DNA from: a virus
Lineage: Duplodnaviria > Caudoviricetes
Reading direction: 5' to 3' (one strand)
IMG/VR virus record: IMGVR_UViG_3300037440_000087
Location: 1 to 44,301 of that record
DNA length: 44,301 nt
This document shows positions 18,586 through 27,421 of the stretch, one piece after another. The translations under genes were made by a program, and so were the position numbers. The notes beneath the pieces were generated by a model. The model had not been told where the DNA came from, did no database searches, and saw only the letters and a list, made by a program, of their open reading frames with translations. How positions within the stretch are numbered: the first letter of the stretch is position 1; each line of letters begins with the position of its first letter.

Positions 18586-19418
18586 GTGTCTAACCTCTCT
18601 TTATATATCTTAAAATACGGGTGCGATTCATCGCCCTGCCAGTAGGTCTCGTTAAGTTGGATGCCGAGCGCTTCGTTCTGTAGGTTCTTGAATACGTCAG
18701 AAGCCCTCTGATGATTAACGGTAGCGTAGCCTGTCACGGCTGCCCAGCCTCTTTCGTCTATCTCACGCTTAGCCACGATTCCGGCGAATATGTCATCAAA
18801 CCGGTAGACCCCTTCATCCCACGGTGCTTGGAATATATAAGGCAATAACTTCCGTTTGAAAGCCATATTCATGGCGCAGACTGGGAACAAGATGCCTTTT
18901 GGTACTACCCCCTGATAAAACGTTGTGGGCCGATGGCTGCCCAATACCAACTGTGTCGGCGCGTCCCAGTCTGCCACTCCCGTCCAAACCCCATGTGATA
19001 ATACCACCTCAGCTTCTGTCCGTATACCGTATGGAAAACCTCGGGTATAATCGCCAGCAGTCATCATCCAACTAACTGGAACGCGCCTATCTAAGGCATC
19101 AATATGGTCCTGTATCGGGTCTCCGACAGGTATTAAATCGTCGTCTAGGGTGATTATAAATTGCACGTCGGGTAAGTTCTTAGCCACATAGGCAAACCCT
19201 AAATTACGGATACCGGCGTTAAAGTTGGTCAGACAACTTTCGTACTTACCCATCACCTGCTTTGGGGTATATTTCTTACCCCGGTGTTCCAGTTTTGGTT
19301 TCTTACCATCCCAGACGGTTATAAGTTCTACTTGGTGTTTTTCAAATAATGGATTCCAAGCCTCTAAGAAGGTCTTGTAACTTTCAGGGCGGATAGTAGG
19401 CACGATTATAGCTATCAT
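18555..19418 (-). CDS. Reversibly glycosylated polypeptide / UDP-arabinopyranose mutase-like (GT75)
   Basis: LDDD, RGFPYGIR, SHGVW...DWDAPTQL, PKGILFPVCAMNMAF and RFDDIFAG match the plant RGP motif series in order. Confidence 0.85.
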   Translation of the reverse strand: MIAIIVPTIRPESYKTFLEAWNPLFEKHQVELITVWDGKKPKLEHRGKKYTPKQVMGKYESCLTNFNAGIRNLGFAYVAKNLPDVQFIITLDDDLIPVGDPIQDHIDALDRRVPVSWMMTAGDYTRGFPYGIRTEAEVVLSHGVWTGVADWDAPTQLVLGSHRPTTFYQGVVPKGILFPVCAMNMAFKRKLLPYIFQAPWDEGVYRFDDIFAGIVAKREIDERGWAAVTGYATVNHQRASDVFKNLQNEALGIQLNETYWQGDESHPYFKIYKERLDTWQEYLKTLQ

Positions 19419-20074
19419 TTGTGATGTGTTACCAGACTGATGTAACCCGACTTGTAAATCGGCTCATCTAATGTTTTAACTTTAATACCGTGTTTCCTGA
19501 GCAGATATGGAAGTACTACTTGGTCACAGGTGAAATATCTGCTACCTGTGTACCACCAGTCCATCAACATAAAGCGTACCTTCGGAGTGTTGCGATATAC
19601 AAATACGGTAGAAGCATACAGCCTGTCGTCTTCGTAAATCGGATTCTCTTCTAGAATTCTCTCATATTGCTGGCGATGCAGACCGTTTTTGTAGCGTGAC
19701 ACGATGTAAGGTCTACCTCTATTAAGGTGGTCTTCGATATGCTCGACTTCTTCTTTTATGGTATGCCGATACGGATGGGCAAAAAAGGCCATATCATTAT
19801 CACCTAGTTGCCTCAAATACCATTCTATACAATCATCTCTCTGAAATGATACTGTGCCGTCTAACCAGATGTAGACATCATGGCCGGGTAGCATTTCCCA
19901 ACCATGAGTCTTAGGTATACGGTACTGTAGCCTTGGAGTCAATCCCGTAATAGGTGGAAAGTTATCATCAGTCCAGCGATAGAATGTGAAGTCTACAGTC
20001 TGTGGTTTGGGGTCAATAAGCTTGTCAAAATCCCCCAGAACGCTGGTTAAGACTGCTATTTTATCAGGAACCAT
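19415..20074 (-). CDS. DUF616/TOD1-MUCI70-like glycosyltransferase
   Basis: AVLTSVLGDFD, RIPK, IWLDG, FAHPYR and DQVVLPY motifs. Confidence 0.7.
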   Translation of the reverse strand: MVPDKIAVLTSVLGDFDKLIDPKPQTVDFTFYRWTDDNFPPITGLTPRLQYRIPKTHGWEMLPGHDVYIWLDGTVSFQRDDCIEWYLRQLGDNDMAFFAHPYRHTIKEEVEHIEDHLNRGRPYIVSRYKNGLHRQQYERILEENPIYEDDRLYASTVFVYRNTPKVRFMLMDWWYTGSRYFTCDQVVLPYLLRKHGIKVKTLDEPIYKSGYISLVTHHK

Positions 20075-20616
20075 TGCGGCTGTCTGTCATCTTCTTTAGG
20101 ATTTTTTAAGTCCCATGGCGTAGTTTGTAAATCGTATCCATGCTCTTCAACAAATTCATTTACTGCCCGTATAACACCTATATTACCGGAACGCATCATG
20201 TAGTAGTCATCACCACAGACGACACCGCCTTCGCGGACCTTCGGAGTCCAAGCCTTCAGGTCCTCCTTAACGTGTCCATAACCATGGTTGGCATCTATAT
20301 ATACAAAGTCTAACGAACCATCTACAAAATCCTTAGCCGCTTCAATAGAAAACTTTTTGACTAATTGGCATCTTGGATAAGGCTTTAGTCTGACCTGGGC
20401 CAACTCATAAGCATTTATCAGCCGTTTCTGGTTCATGTGGTCGCCATAGCCGGGATAAGCCTGCCAAGGGTCAATACTATACAAATCCAAATCCGGTATC
20501 TGCTGGCAAAGTATCTCCGAGTAATATCCGTCGAATACACCCACTTCAGCACCAACTTTATATCCGCTATCTCTTAAAAATTGCGCTAACTCTAACCTGT
20601 TATTTACTCTTGCCAT
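20056..20616 (-). CDS. Class I SAM-dependent methyltransferase (Methyltransf_24-like)
   Basis: AEVGVFDG, SIDPW, DFVYIDANH and CGDDY motifs. Confidence 0.9.
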   Translation of the reverse strand: MARVNNRLELAQFLRDSGYKVGAEVGVFDGYYSEILCQQIPDLDLYSIDPWQAYPGYGDHMNQKRLINAYELAQVRLKPYPRCQLVKKFSIEAAKDFVDGSLDFVYIDANHGYGHVKEDLKAWTPKVREGGVVCGDDYYMMRSGNIGVIRAVNEFVEEHGYDLQTTPWDLKNPKEDDRQPQWFLIK

Positions 20617-21568
20617 CTTTTTCCTCTTTCATTTCTTTAAGCCAGTTATCATTTTCGTATTTACGAGCCTCGGCATCAGCTTTAGCATCACGGGGCAGAC
20701 GCTCTTTCCAGTCATCACCCCAGCCTGGCATGTCCGGAAACTTCTTCATGAACCAGTCCCAGTCATATTTAAAGTCTTTGGTGTTTAACCAGTAGTCGAT
20801 ACAGTATAAGCGGCCCTTCTCTTTTAGAACAGCCCACTTTTTCCACTGTTCTGTGGTAAATCCATAGTTAGTGCCGTACTTCTTACCTTTGTGGAGGTGG
20901 GCATACCAAGTCTTTTTATTAACTACTACCCGTCCGCCAGTAAACCAAGTCTTCTGGCTTATCTCCTGTGACTCGTGGGTAAACGGCCCGTAGTAAGTAG
21001 AATCCATCTCACCTATACAGTTATCCCAGTGCTTCCTGGCCATAAAGTAAGCCGACCCCTGCATGGTCGGCGTATCGTCTATCAAGGTGTCTAGGCGGTC
21101 ATAGTACCGCTGTTTCCATTCCGCCCCGTGCAAGCCTTGAGTAGTATCCCCAATTTTGGCATAGGGATACTCAACGTACATGTAATCCACCGGCTTGCGC
21201 CCATCTTCTATTAGTTTCCAGTTTTCTACGTCTAATCGCTCACGCCGGGGTATGACTACCCAATCATTTTCACAATCGGCCGCCAGTTTTAGGTCAAATC
21301 CTTCATCCCACATGGTGTGACCGTCAGCTTTCAAAATGTACTCACCACTAGATAAGCGTACTCCTAGATTGATGCTCTCTCTCATGCCGAAGTTATTGTG
21401 GACTTCACCGTGGTGGATAACCTTTACTCTCGGGTCATTTACTATCTCTTGCCACATACCATCCAAGACTACGATGATTTCAATTTCACCATGAGCTTTG
21501 GCTAGCATATCTTTTATAGTCTGGTTAATCCAACGCTCATTTCTGGACGGTATGATAACGCTAATCAT
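20600..21568 (-). CDS. GT-A glycosyltransferase, ppGalNAc-T-like
   Basis: ISVIIPSRNE, KADGH (DxH), TPTMQGS, EISQKTWFTGG and YAHLHK motifs. Confidence 0.85.
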   Translation of the reverse strand: MISVIIPSRNERWINQTIKDMLAKAHGEIEIIVVLDGMWQEIVNDPRVKVIHHGEVHNNFGMRESINLGVRLSSGEYILKADGHTMWDEGFDLKLAADCENDWVVIPRRERLDVENWKLIEDGRKPVDYMYVEYPYAKIGDTTQGLHGAEWKQRYYDRLDTLIDDTPTMQGSAYFMARKHWDNCIGEMDSTYYGPFTHESQEISQKTWFTGGRVVVNKKTWYAHLHKGKKYGTNYGFTTEQWKKWAVLKEKGRLYCIDYWLNTKDFKYDWDWFMKKFPDMPGWGDDWKERLPRDAKADAEARKYENDNWLKEMKEEKDGKSK

Positions 21569-22442
21569 TTAGCTGTTCTTTCACCCAGTCAGAGACTTCA
21601 ACTGTCGGACTCCACCCTTGGTAACGAGCCTTGGCATTATAGGCTAGTGTCTCTCTAACCTCTCCCGATACTTCACCAATATATTCTTTCTTACACGGAA
21701 ACATATCAGCTAACTCATTTATCGACAAACTATGGCTAGCTCCTATGTTGTAAGTACCGCGCCAGTTAATAGCCATCAGATTGGCTCTAGCAACATCTTT
21801 CACATAGGTAAAGTCTCGGCGTTGTTCACCATCACTGGTAATAGTCAAAGCTTCACCATCTCTAAACTGTTGCATAAAAATACCCACAACTGTACGATAT
21901 GCACCTTCCAGCGGTTGTCTTTCACCATAAACACTGAAATAACGCAAAATAGCGTAGTCTACTCCGTAAAGACGATTGTACAGGCGAATGTATTGCTCGC
22001 CGATAAGTTTTTGCAGAGCATAAGGAGATGCTGGCATGATTTCACCATCTTCATCTGTAGGTATATCTTCACCGGTATATACCGAGCTGGAACCGCTATA
22101 CACTAACTTAGCTTTATCTCTTCGGCAATATTCTAATACCTGTAAAGTACCGTCAACATTGGCATGATTATGGGTAATCGGGTCTTTTATAGAAGGCTGT
22201 ACTCGAGCTAAGGCAGCTAGATGGAATACCACATCGAATCCATTTAAGGCCCGCCAAGTTTCCGGGTCAGTAATATCAGCATTTATAAAGGTAGCTTCAG
22301 GATTTAAGTTATTAACGTCGCCCGTAGAAAGATTATCTAGTACAACAACTCTATTCCCCGCTTCTATTAACTGGTCTACTACATGGCTACCTATGAAGCC
22401 AGCACCACCAGTTACTAAACAATTCAGCACCAACGTAGCCAT
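21561..22442 (-). CDS. UDP-hexose/HexNAc 4-epimerase-like SDR
   Basis: VTGGAGFIG, HLAA, SSSVY, YALQK and RDFTYVKD motifs. Confidence 0.9.
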   Translation of the reverse strand: MATLVLNCLVTGGAGFIGSHVVDQLIEAGNRVVVLDNLSTGDVNNLNPEATFINADITDPETWRALNGFDVVFHLAALARVQPSIKDPITHNHANVDGTLQVLEYCRRDKAKLVYSGSSSVYTGEDIPTDEDGEIMPASPYALQKLIGEQYIRLYNRLYGVDYAILRYFSVYGERQPLEGAYRTVVGIFMQQFRDGEALTITSDGEQRRDFTYVKDVARANLMAINWRGTYNIGASHSLSINELADMFPCKKEYIGEVSGEVRETLAYNAKARYQGWSPTVEVSDWVKEQLND

Positions 22443-22723
22443 TTTCTAAACTCCTCCGCATCAAATATTATTTCTTTGCCATCGACATCCAATATAAATT
22501 GGTTTTCCGGAATTGCTCTCGGATATACCCAAACTCCTTTGTAACCTGGCGGAGGTTCCTGCCTTGGCACCGGCCAGTACATTTTCACTCCATTAGTTAA
22601 AACGACCTGGCCTTGGTCCCGGGTCGTCATTAAACCGTAACCTCTCTTCCGGCTCTTCTGTCGGTCATCCTTAGCTTTTTCAGCAGCTAGGATTTCGTCG
22701 GCGCTCTGATTGCCGTGTCTCAT
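22424..22723 (-). CDS. Hypothetical protein heading the glycosylation cassette
   Basis: 99 aa; overlaps the epimerase start; ATG lies at the predicted transcription start. Confidence 0.6.
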   Translation of the reverse strand: MRHGNQSADEILAAEKAKDDRQKSRKRGYGLMTTRDQGQVVLTNGVKMYWPVPRQEPPPGYKGVWVYPRAIPENQFILDVDGKEIIFDAEEFRKWLRWC

Positions 22724-22729
22724 GTTATA

Positions 22730-22758
22730 AGATTACATCGCAGAATATTTTTTAGCAA
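22730..22758 (-). promoter_or_regulatory. Sigma70-type promoter for the glycosylation cassette
   Basis: TTGCTA-17 bp-TAATCT. Confidence 0.6.
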
Positions 22759-22761
22759 TAC

Positions 22762-22786
22762 AAAAAAGCCCCCTGCGAGAGGGGCT
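22762..22786 (-). terminator. Intrinsic terminator after the capsid operon
   Basis: AGCCCC/GGGGCT stem followed by a T run on the minus strand. Confidence 0.85.
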
Positions 22787-22802
22787 CTCTTGTACCCGCG
22801 GA

Positions 22803-22976
22803 CTATTTAACCGGGTTTTGCCAAGTCGGCTCTTTTTCCGGGTCTTCCTTATTTAAATCGGATAGATTCGGAGTAGCTGGGACATTGCGCCGGGGGTCGT
22901 TAGGGTCACGGTCAAGGTGCTGAACGCTATTTTCACGGTTCTGTACCTTAGCTTTGTTCTTTTTTTCTTCTGCCAT
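22803..22976 (-). CDS. Small hydrophilic protein downstream of the capsid gene, not in the ORF track
   Basis: 57 aa MAEEKKNKAK...PTWQNPVK; GAAAGGT RBS; fills the gap before the terminator. Confidence 0.65.
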   Translation of the reverse strand: MAEEKKNKAKVQNRENSVQHLDRDPNDPRRNVPATPNLSDLNKEDPEKEPTWQNPVK

Positions 22977-22991
22977 GTTATTACCTTTCTA

Positions 22992-23849
22992 TTAAGGAGC
23001 TGTGGTCCTGGTTAGTTCTACCAAACTAGCTGCACGTTCTACGCCTACACCATAAATGGCATGTAGCACAGTCTTCCAACCGATTGCGTCAACGCTGTAT
23101 TCCATTTCAAACTTCGGACGAAGTTGCTGGATAAGCGTGATAGCACTCTTATGGAAGAACAGGTTACGACCGGTAGTGCTGGTCTGTACGTTGCCAGAGT
23201 GGTGGATGTCTATACCATAGACATTACCAACTAACCCGGAACTGCCATCAACGGCTTTACCAGTTTTGCCAGTTTGGTCGTAAGCTACATACTTGTTGAC
23301 TCCGAGTAGGTCTGACTTAGTGTTATGTCCGACTATGCCTCGGCGCTCAGTCATCGGAGTGTTAGCTTCGTCAAGGTCAAGCAGAACAGCCAGTATGTCG
23401 GCGTCATCTACAGTCGCTCCACCAGATACGGTTGAACCAGCATCGGAGTACAAATCCATCAAGTCAGTGTCAATCTGACGAGCTACACCTTCAACCATGC
23501 GAGTTTGAAACGCAGATTTCAGGTCGTAATTGGCCTGTACTTTAGCGATGTCTTCAATCTTAACAGCAACGTAGTAGTGTTTGTCGATGTTAAGGGTGAC
23601 TGCTGTGCCGTCTGGTGAGTCAAATGTTACATCAGTACTAGCAGCTTTAGCACGAGCATTTACTGTTGCAGTAAACGGTACGTGAACGATGTCACCACCA
23701 CCTTTTGCTAGACCGGAACGGTCTTGCACCAACTTGGCCGCTTGAAGTTTGGCGTCAAACGGTTGCTGGATGTCCCTTGTCCAGAGCTCTTGGATATACT
23801 CCGCAGTCTGGGCAATAGAACGGGTTACGTTACTATTTAAATTTGCCAT
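22992..23849 (-). CDS. Major capsid protein (HK97 fold, P22/T7-like)
   Basis: YIQELWT, GDIVHVP, LNIDKHYY, ARQIDTDL and IYGV patterns; follows the scaffold gene; strong RBS. Confidence 0.85.
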   Translation of the reverse strand: MANLNSNVTRSIAQTAEYIQELWTRDIQQPFDAKLQAAKLVQDRSGLAKGGGDIVHVPFTATVNARAKAASTDVTFDSPDGTAVTLNIDKHYYVAVKIEDIAKVQANYDLKSAFQTRMVEGVARQIDTDLMDLYSDAGSTVSGGATVDDADILAVLLDLDEANTPMTERRGIVGHNTKSDLLGVNKYVAYDQTGKTGKAVDGSSGLVGNVYGIDIHHSGNVQTSTTGRNLFFHKSAITLIQQLRPKFEMEYSVDAIGWKTVLHAIYGVGVERAASLVELTRTTAP

Positions 23850-23869
23850 TTTTATTTCCTTTTAATTAG

Positions 23870-24718
23870 CTACTTTTGTGAGATAAAACGCCCCTTGTCG
23901 TTGCGCGGCATGACCGTTTTGATGGCTGCCTCAAGTTCTTGGTCTGACATATCTTGCGGAGCTTTATTCAGATTCATCGGTTTAACACTGGAACCGTCAG
24001 GACGCAGACCGGTATTAGCAGCCTGCTTAACTACATTTTCAGTAGTCTTAGCCGACTTACTGCCAGCCATAGCATCTGCTAATTCCATGATTCCTTCTAC
24101 GAACTCGCCGTAGCGGACATCGGCATTAGCAACCTTACCGGTTTTAGAATTATAACCGACTGTAGCTAAGTACCATTGATTGATAGCATTAGCCAAACCT
24201 GGATTAAACTCTTCGGATGATTTGTCAAATTGCGGAAACTTGCTTTCGACACGTGGCGAGTCGATTTCCAACCTTGTATGAAACTGAATAGATTTGGCCT
24301 GCTCCAAACCGGCTTGGTACTGCTTTGAGCCGTACTCTTCGCTCTTCTTTTGGAGTTCTTCGTATACCTCGTCCGGAGCGTCTATCAAATCTTTATAATT
24401 GATTGCGTCCGTCTTCGGTTGCTGAGGCTTTTCTTGGGAATCACCTTTTAACCTATTAACAAGGCCTTCCAGTTTCTCCAGCCTTTTAGCTTTACGCTTT
24501 GAAATACCTTCTGGCTGCTCTTCCTTTTCGGGAGATTGCTCCTCCTCTTCGACCTCTTCGGCCTCGGGTTGTTGCGGCTCATCGGGTTGCTTATCTGGCT
24601 GGTCGGCTGGTGCGGGACTTTCCGGCTGTCCGCCTTCCTCTTCCGGTTTATCTGGTTGTTGTTCTACCTGTTCAGGAGTTTCAACATCCAGCTGCTCGTT
24701 GGGTTGGTCGTCTGCCAT
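23870..24718 (-). CDS. Capsid scaffolding protein
   Basis: Acidic P/E/Q-rich N-terminus, helical body; directly upstream of the capsid gene. Confidence 0.7.
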   Translation of the reverse strand: MADDQPNEQLDVETPEQVEQQPDKPEEEGGQPESPAPADQPDKQPDEPQQPEAEEVEEEEQSPEKEEQPEGISKRKAKRLEKLEGLVNRLKGDSQEKPQQPKTDAINYKDLIDAPDEVYEELQKKSEEYGSKQYQAGLEQAKSIQFHTRLEIDSPRVESKFPQFDKSSEEFNPGLANAINQWYLATVGYNSKTGKVANADVRYGEFVEGIMELADAMAGSKSAKTTENVVKQAANTGLRPDGSSVKPMNLNKAPQDMSDQELEAAIKTVMPRNDKGRFISQK

Positions 24719-24814
24719 TTTGTCCTCTTTCTTCCCTCGTATATGCCCGGGAGGCGGCTTATTTTAATCTTACCTCGTATTTATTTCGTTGCGGCCGGTA
24801 GGCGTCGCTTCATT

Positions 24815-25060
24815 TTAACTTATATCAAGTTTGCGAAATTTTGGCAAGCCTTCATTATCCACTCCGTCTAATATAACGTCAGTCGGTAAAAAATTTATTA
24901 GCGGACCCATTTCAGTATCGGCTATCAGCTTATTGCCTTCCTGTCTCCAATTAGTAGCCTTCAAGCGTCTCATCTTTTTAGGCAAATCGTCAGGGGTCAC
25001 ATCATGTAAGATATGTTCAGGCGGCTTTGCGCCGTGGCGTTCGTACCAACTATCCTTCAT
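24815..25060 (-). CDS. Hypothetical protein
   Basis: 81 aa; overlaps upstream gene in the head module. Confidence 0.6.
   Translation of the reverse strand: MKDSWYERHGAKPPEHILHDVTPDDLPKKMRRLKATNWRQEGNKLIADTEMGPLINFLPTDVILDGVDNEGLPKFRKLDIS
24819..24847 (-). promoter_or_regulatory. Promoter candidate for scaffold-capsid genes
   Basis: TTGCCA-17 bp-TATAAG with TG extension. Confidence 0.55.
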
Positions 25061-25391
25061 GCCTATCGACAGCCTCCCGGGCAGCCTCGTAAGCTTTCAG
25101 GACATTTTCAAATTCGTGGATAATGTTATTAGCTATTACCCAGTTCTGACCTATTTCGGCGGCATCCATTTTAACAAAGCGGGTATCATCCCCATTAGGC
25201 AGATAGTTTTGGAAGAATTTGATACGGTCTCTTAAAAACTCTTCTAATCGCTTGAACTCAGCAGTTTTGGAATACCTAGCCATTTTCTTTTCTTCTATAA
25301 GAACATCTTCCGAAACCGTAGTTACCGGTACATTAGTTGGCAATTCGTCTTCACCGACTATAGCATTGGCTGGACCTACATTTTTTGCCAT
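25050..25391 (-). CDS. Hypothetical head-module protein
   Basis: 113 aa helical protein after the portal; AAGGAG RBS. Confidence 0.65.
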   Translation of the reverse strand: MAKNVGPANAIVGEDELPTNVPVTTVSEDVLIEEKKMARYSKTAEFKRLEEFLRDRIKFFQNYLPNGDDTRFVKMDAAEIGQNWVIANNIIHEFENVLKAYEAAREAVDRHEG

Positions 25392-25400
25392 ATCTTCTCC

Positions 25401-27392
25401 TTATAAATTAGTAACCGCATCAGCTACTTGGGCTAATTCCTCGTCTTTAAACATTGTACCACCCGCCGCAATCGTGGCATTTGGCTGGTTGGCAGCATTC
25501 ATTTCAGATTCCCGCTGGCTTAACTGTTTTTCCTTGGTAGATAATTCAGTATTAGCTTGGCGGATTTCAGCAGATTGCTTCTGGGCTATCATCTGTTGTT
25601 TATGCTCAGCCATTTGTTGCTGCATCTGTTGTACTTGCTGCTGCATTTGCTGTAACTGTTCCATCAATTCCTTTTCTCGCTGAGTCGGACCTTCATTTAT
25701 CTTAATAAACTCACCGGCACCCTTAATGTCAGATAGTTGTTCGTATGACTTCATAATCTGTGGGAAGTCTACTTGGATACGTGGGTCGTCTTTCAGTAGA
25801 TTTTGGAATTTACCAATAACACCTAGTAATCGTTCTACCCCTTGAAGGGCTTTTTCTTTGTTCATTTTAACGGTCGAGTTTGGTTCGATATTAAAGCGGT
25901 ATTCTATGCCTTTTAGTACTTTGGGGTTTACTCGGAAATCAGCGGCTGAACCGGTGGCGTCCATGATACCGGGGAAGAGTTGTAAGATGTCAGTCTGTCC
26001 CGACTTGACAATCTCTTTAATATCTTCCGATAGAAGTGTCACCGGTATCTCTTCGGTACCAATATTCACTATTAAGGAGTTGAAGCCATCTGTTAGTTGC
26101 TCTATAGCGGCTTCTAAATGACGCCGTTCAGCTCCATCACGGGTAGCCTCTTTATCGGTATAAAGTTCAATAGCCGCCGGAGTTTTACCCTGAGAGGGAT
26201 TAAGCGACTCAGCAGCCGGTAAAGAGGCATTCTGTGACCCGTATTGGCTAAGTAGTGAGCCAGTCAAGGCTTGTTTAGCAGCCTGGTAGGTAGCCAAACC
26301 GGCGGTAGAAGTCTCCAAGCGGCGTACCGAGTTAGGGATTGTTTCAAACATCACTGAGCCTTCACGGTAATCTAGGGTGTGTTTTAGCACTCCATTGACG
26401 TTCGCTACTAGCGGTGGTATAAGATTCATCTTAATACCTTTAAAGTAGAAATTGTCAAGGCCATCACGAGCGAACTGGAGAGGTTTGGCACGCTGGAAGT
26501 CGCCCAGACCGTAAAAGGAATCGAATAACGGCTGTGAGTATTTAATAATGAATGGAATCCGGCCGTTCTTGTGCGGATTAGCTATCTCTCTTAGCTTGAC
26601 GCAGCCATGGTCAGGCGCGAAAGTACACCACTTACCATCTTCCCCAGCTTCATATCTAGTAGCTAATTGAATACCACGACGAACAGCCTGCGGCGTGCGG
26701 TCCCGGGCTACTTGGGTATCTTTTTGCTGGTCGGTATCAGTTCGAGCATCATCGGCAGCTTCTATCAGGAACTTCAAGGCCTCCTGGTCCCAGCCATTAT
26801 CTTTATCGGCGCTGTCACGGAACTTCTCTAATTGCTTTTTAGTCACCCAGGTTATAGCGGTGACGTACTCCATATCAGCGATAGAAGTCTTACCGGCTTG
26901 CGGTACTAAGTTGCGGGGATTCCAGAGCCAGCAATCCGGTCCTACATACCCGCTAGGACTGACATTCCAGTCGTAAAACATCGGCATGTACCCGTAAACA
27001 CTAGAGTACAACTGCCACATATTAAGCTTTTCCATGAAAGGATGTTGGGCATTGGCATTGGGATACAGCCACTTCTGGCGCAAGATGTCCATGAAGGCAG
27101 CTTTACCAAAATCGGCTCTACCGACCGACTCGGTGGTACCCTCTGGCAACTTCGCCATCACCCTGTCGGCTCTCTCTTTAGCTAAGGTGGTAGCGTAACC
27201 ATCAGTAATCTTACTACCATCAATGCTTCTTGACACGCTGTCAAATACTTGGGAAGTCAGCATTGCCTCATAAGCGTCAAAGTTTAATATATAATCGGAG
27301 TGTACGTCCCAATCACGGGTATAGTCGTCCTTATACTCATACTCGAATTGTTCGGGTACATCTACTGCTTTGTCACTGGAGTATTTTGCCAT
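25401..27392 (-). CDS. Portal protein (P22-like, C-terminal coiled coil)
   Basis: 663 aa following terL; RIPFI...SFYGLG pattern; Q-rich coiled-coil tail. Confidence 0.85.
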   Translation of the reverse strand: MAKYSSDKAVDVPEQFEYEYKDDYTRDWDVHSDYILNFDAYEAMLTSQVFDSVSRSIDGSKITDGYATTLAKERADRVMAKLPEGTTESVGRADFGKAAFMDILRQKWLYPNANAQHPFMEKLNMWQLYSSVYGYMPMFYDWNVSPSGYVGPDCWLWNPRNLVPQAGKTSIADMEYVTAITWVTKKQLEKFRDSADKDNGWDQEALKFLIEAADDARTDTDQQKDTQVARDRTPQAVRRGIQLATRYEAGEDGKWCTFAPDHGCVKLREIANPHKNGRIPFIIKYSQPLFDSFYGLGDFQRAKPLQFARDGLDNFYFKGIKMNLIPPLVANVNGVLKHTLDYREGSVMFETIPNSVRRLETSTAGLATYQAAKQALTGSLLSQYGSQNASLPAAESLNPSQGKTPAAIELYTDKEATRDGAERRHLEAAIEQLTDGFNSLIVNIGTEEIPVTLLSEDIKEIVKSGQTDILQLFPGIMDATGSAADFRVNPKVLKGIEYRFNIEPNSTVKMNKEKALQGVERLLGVIGKFQNLLKDDPRIQVDFPQIMKSYEQLSDIKGAGEFIKINEGPTQREKELMEQLQQMQQQVQQMQQQMAEHKQQMIAQKQSAEIRQANTELSTKEKQLSQRESEMNAANQPNATIAAGGTMFKDEELAQVADAVTNL

Positions 27393-27421
27393 TTTTCTTT
27401 TTCCTTTTGCGGATTACTTAT

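Noticed and set aside
11478-19418. Extensin-like hydroxyproline arabinosylation (Ser-Pro repeats + RGP)
   Set aside because: No prolyl 4-hydroxylase or 2OG-Fe(II) oxygenase is recognisable, so Ser-linked glycans are the simpler reading.
15202-22442. Cassette as a DNA hypermodification system
   Set aside because: No base hydroxymethylase, TET/JBP enzyme or DNA polymerase seen, and it sits among virion genes next to Ser-rich acceptors. Disfavoured, not excluded.
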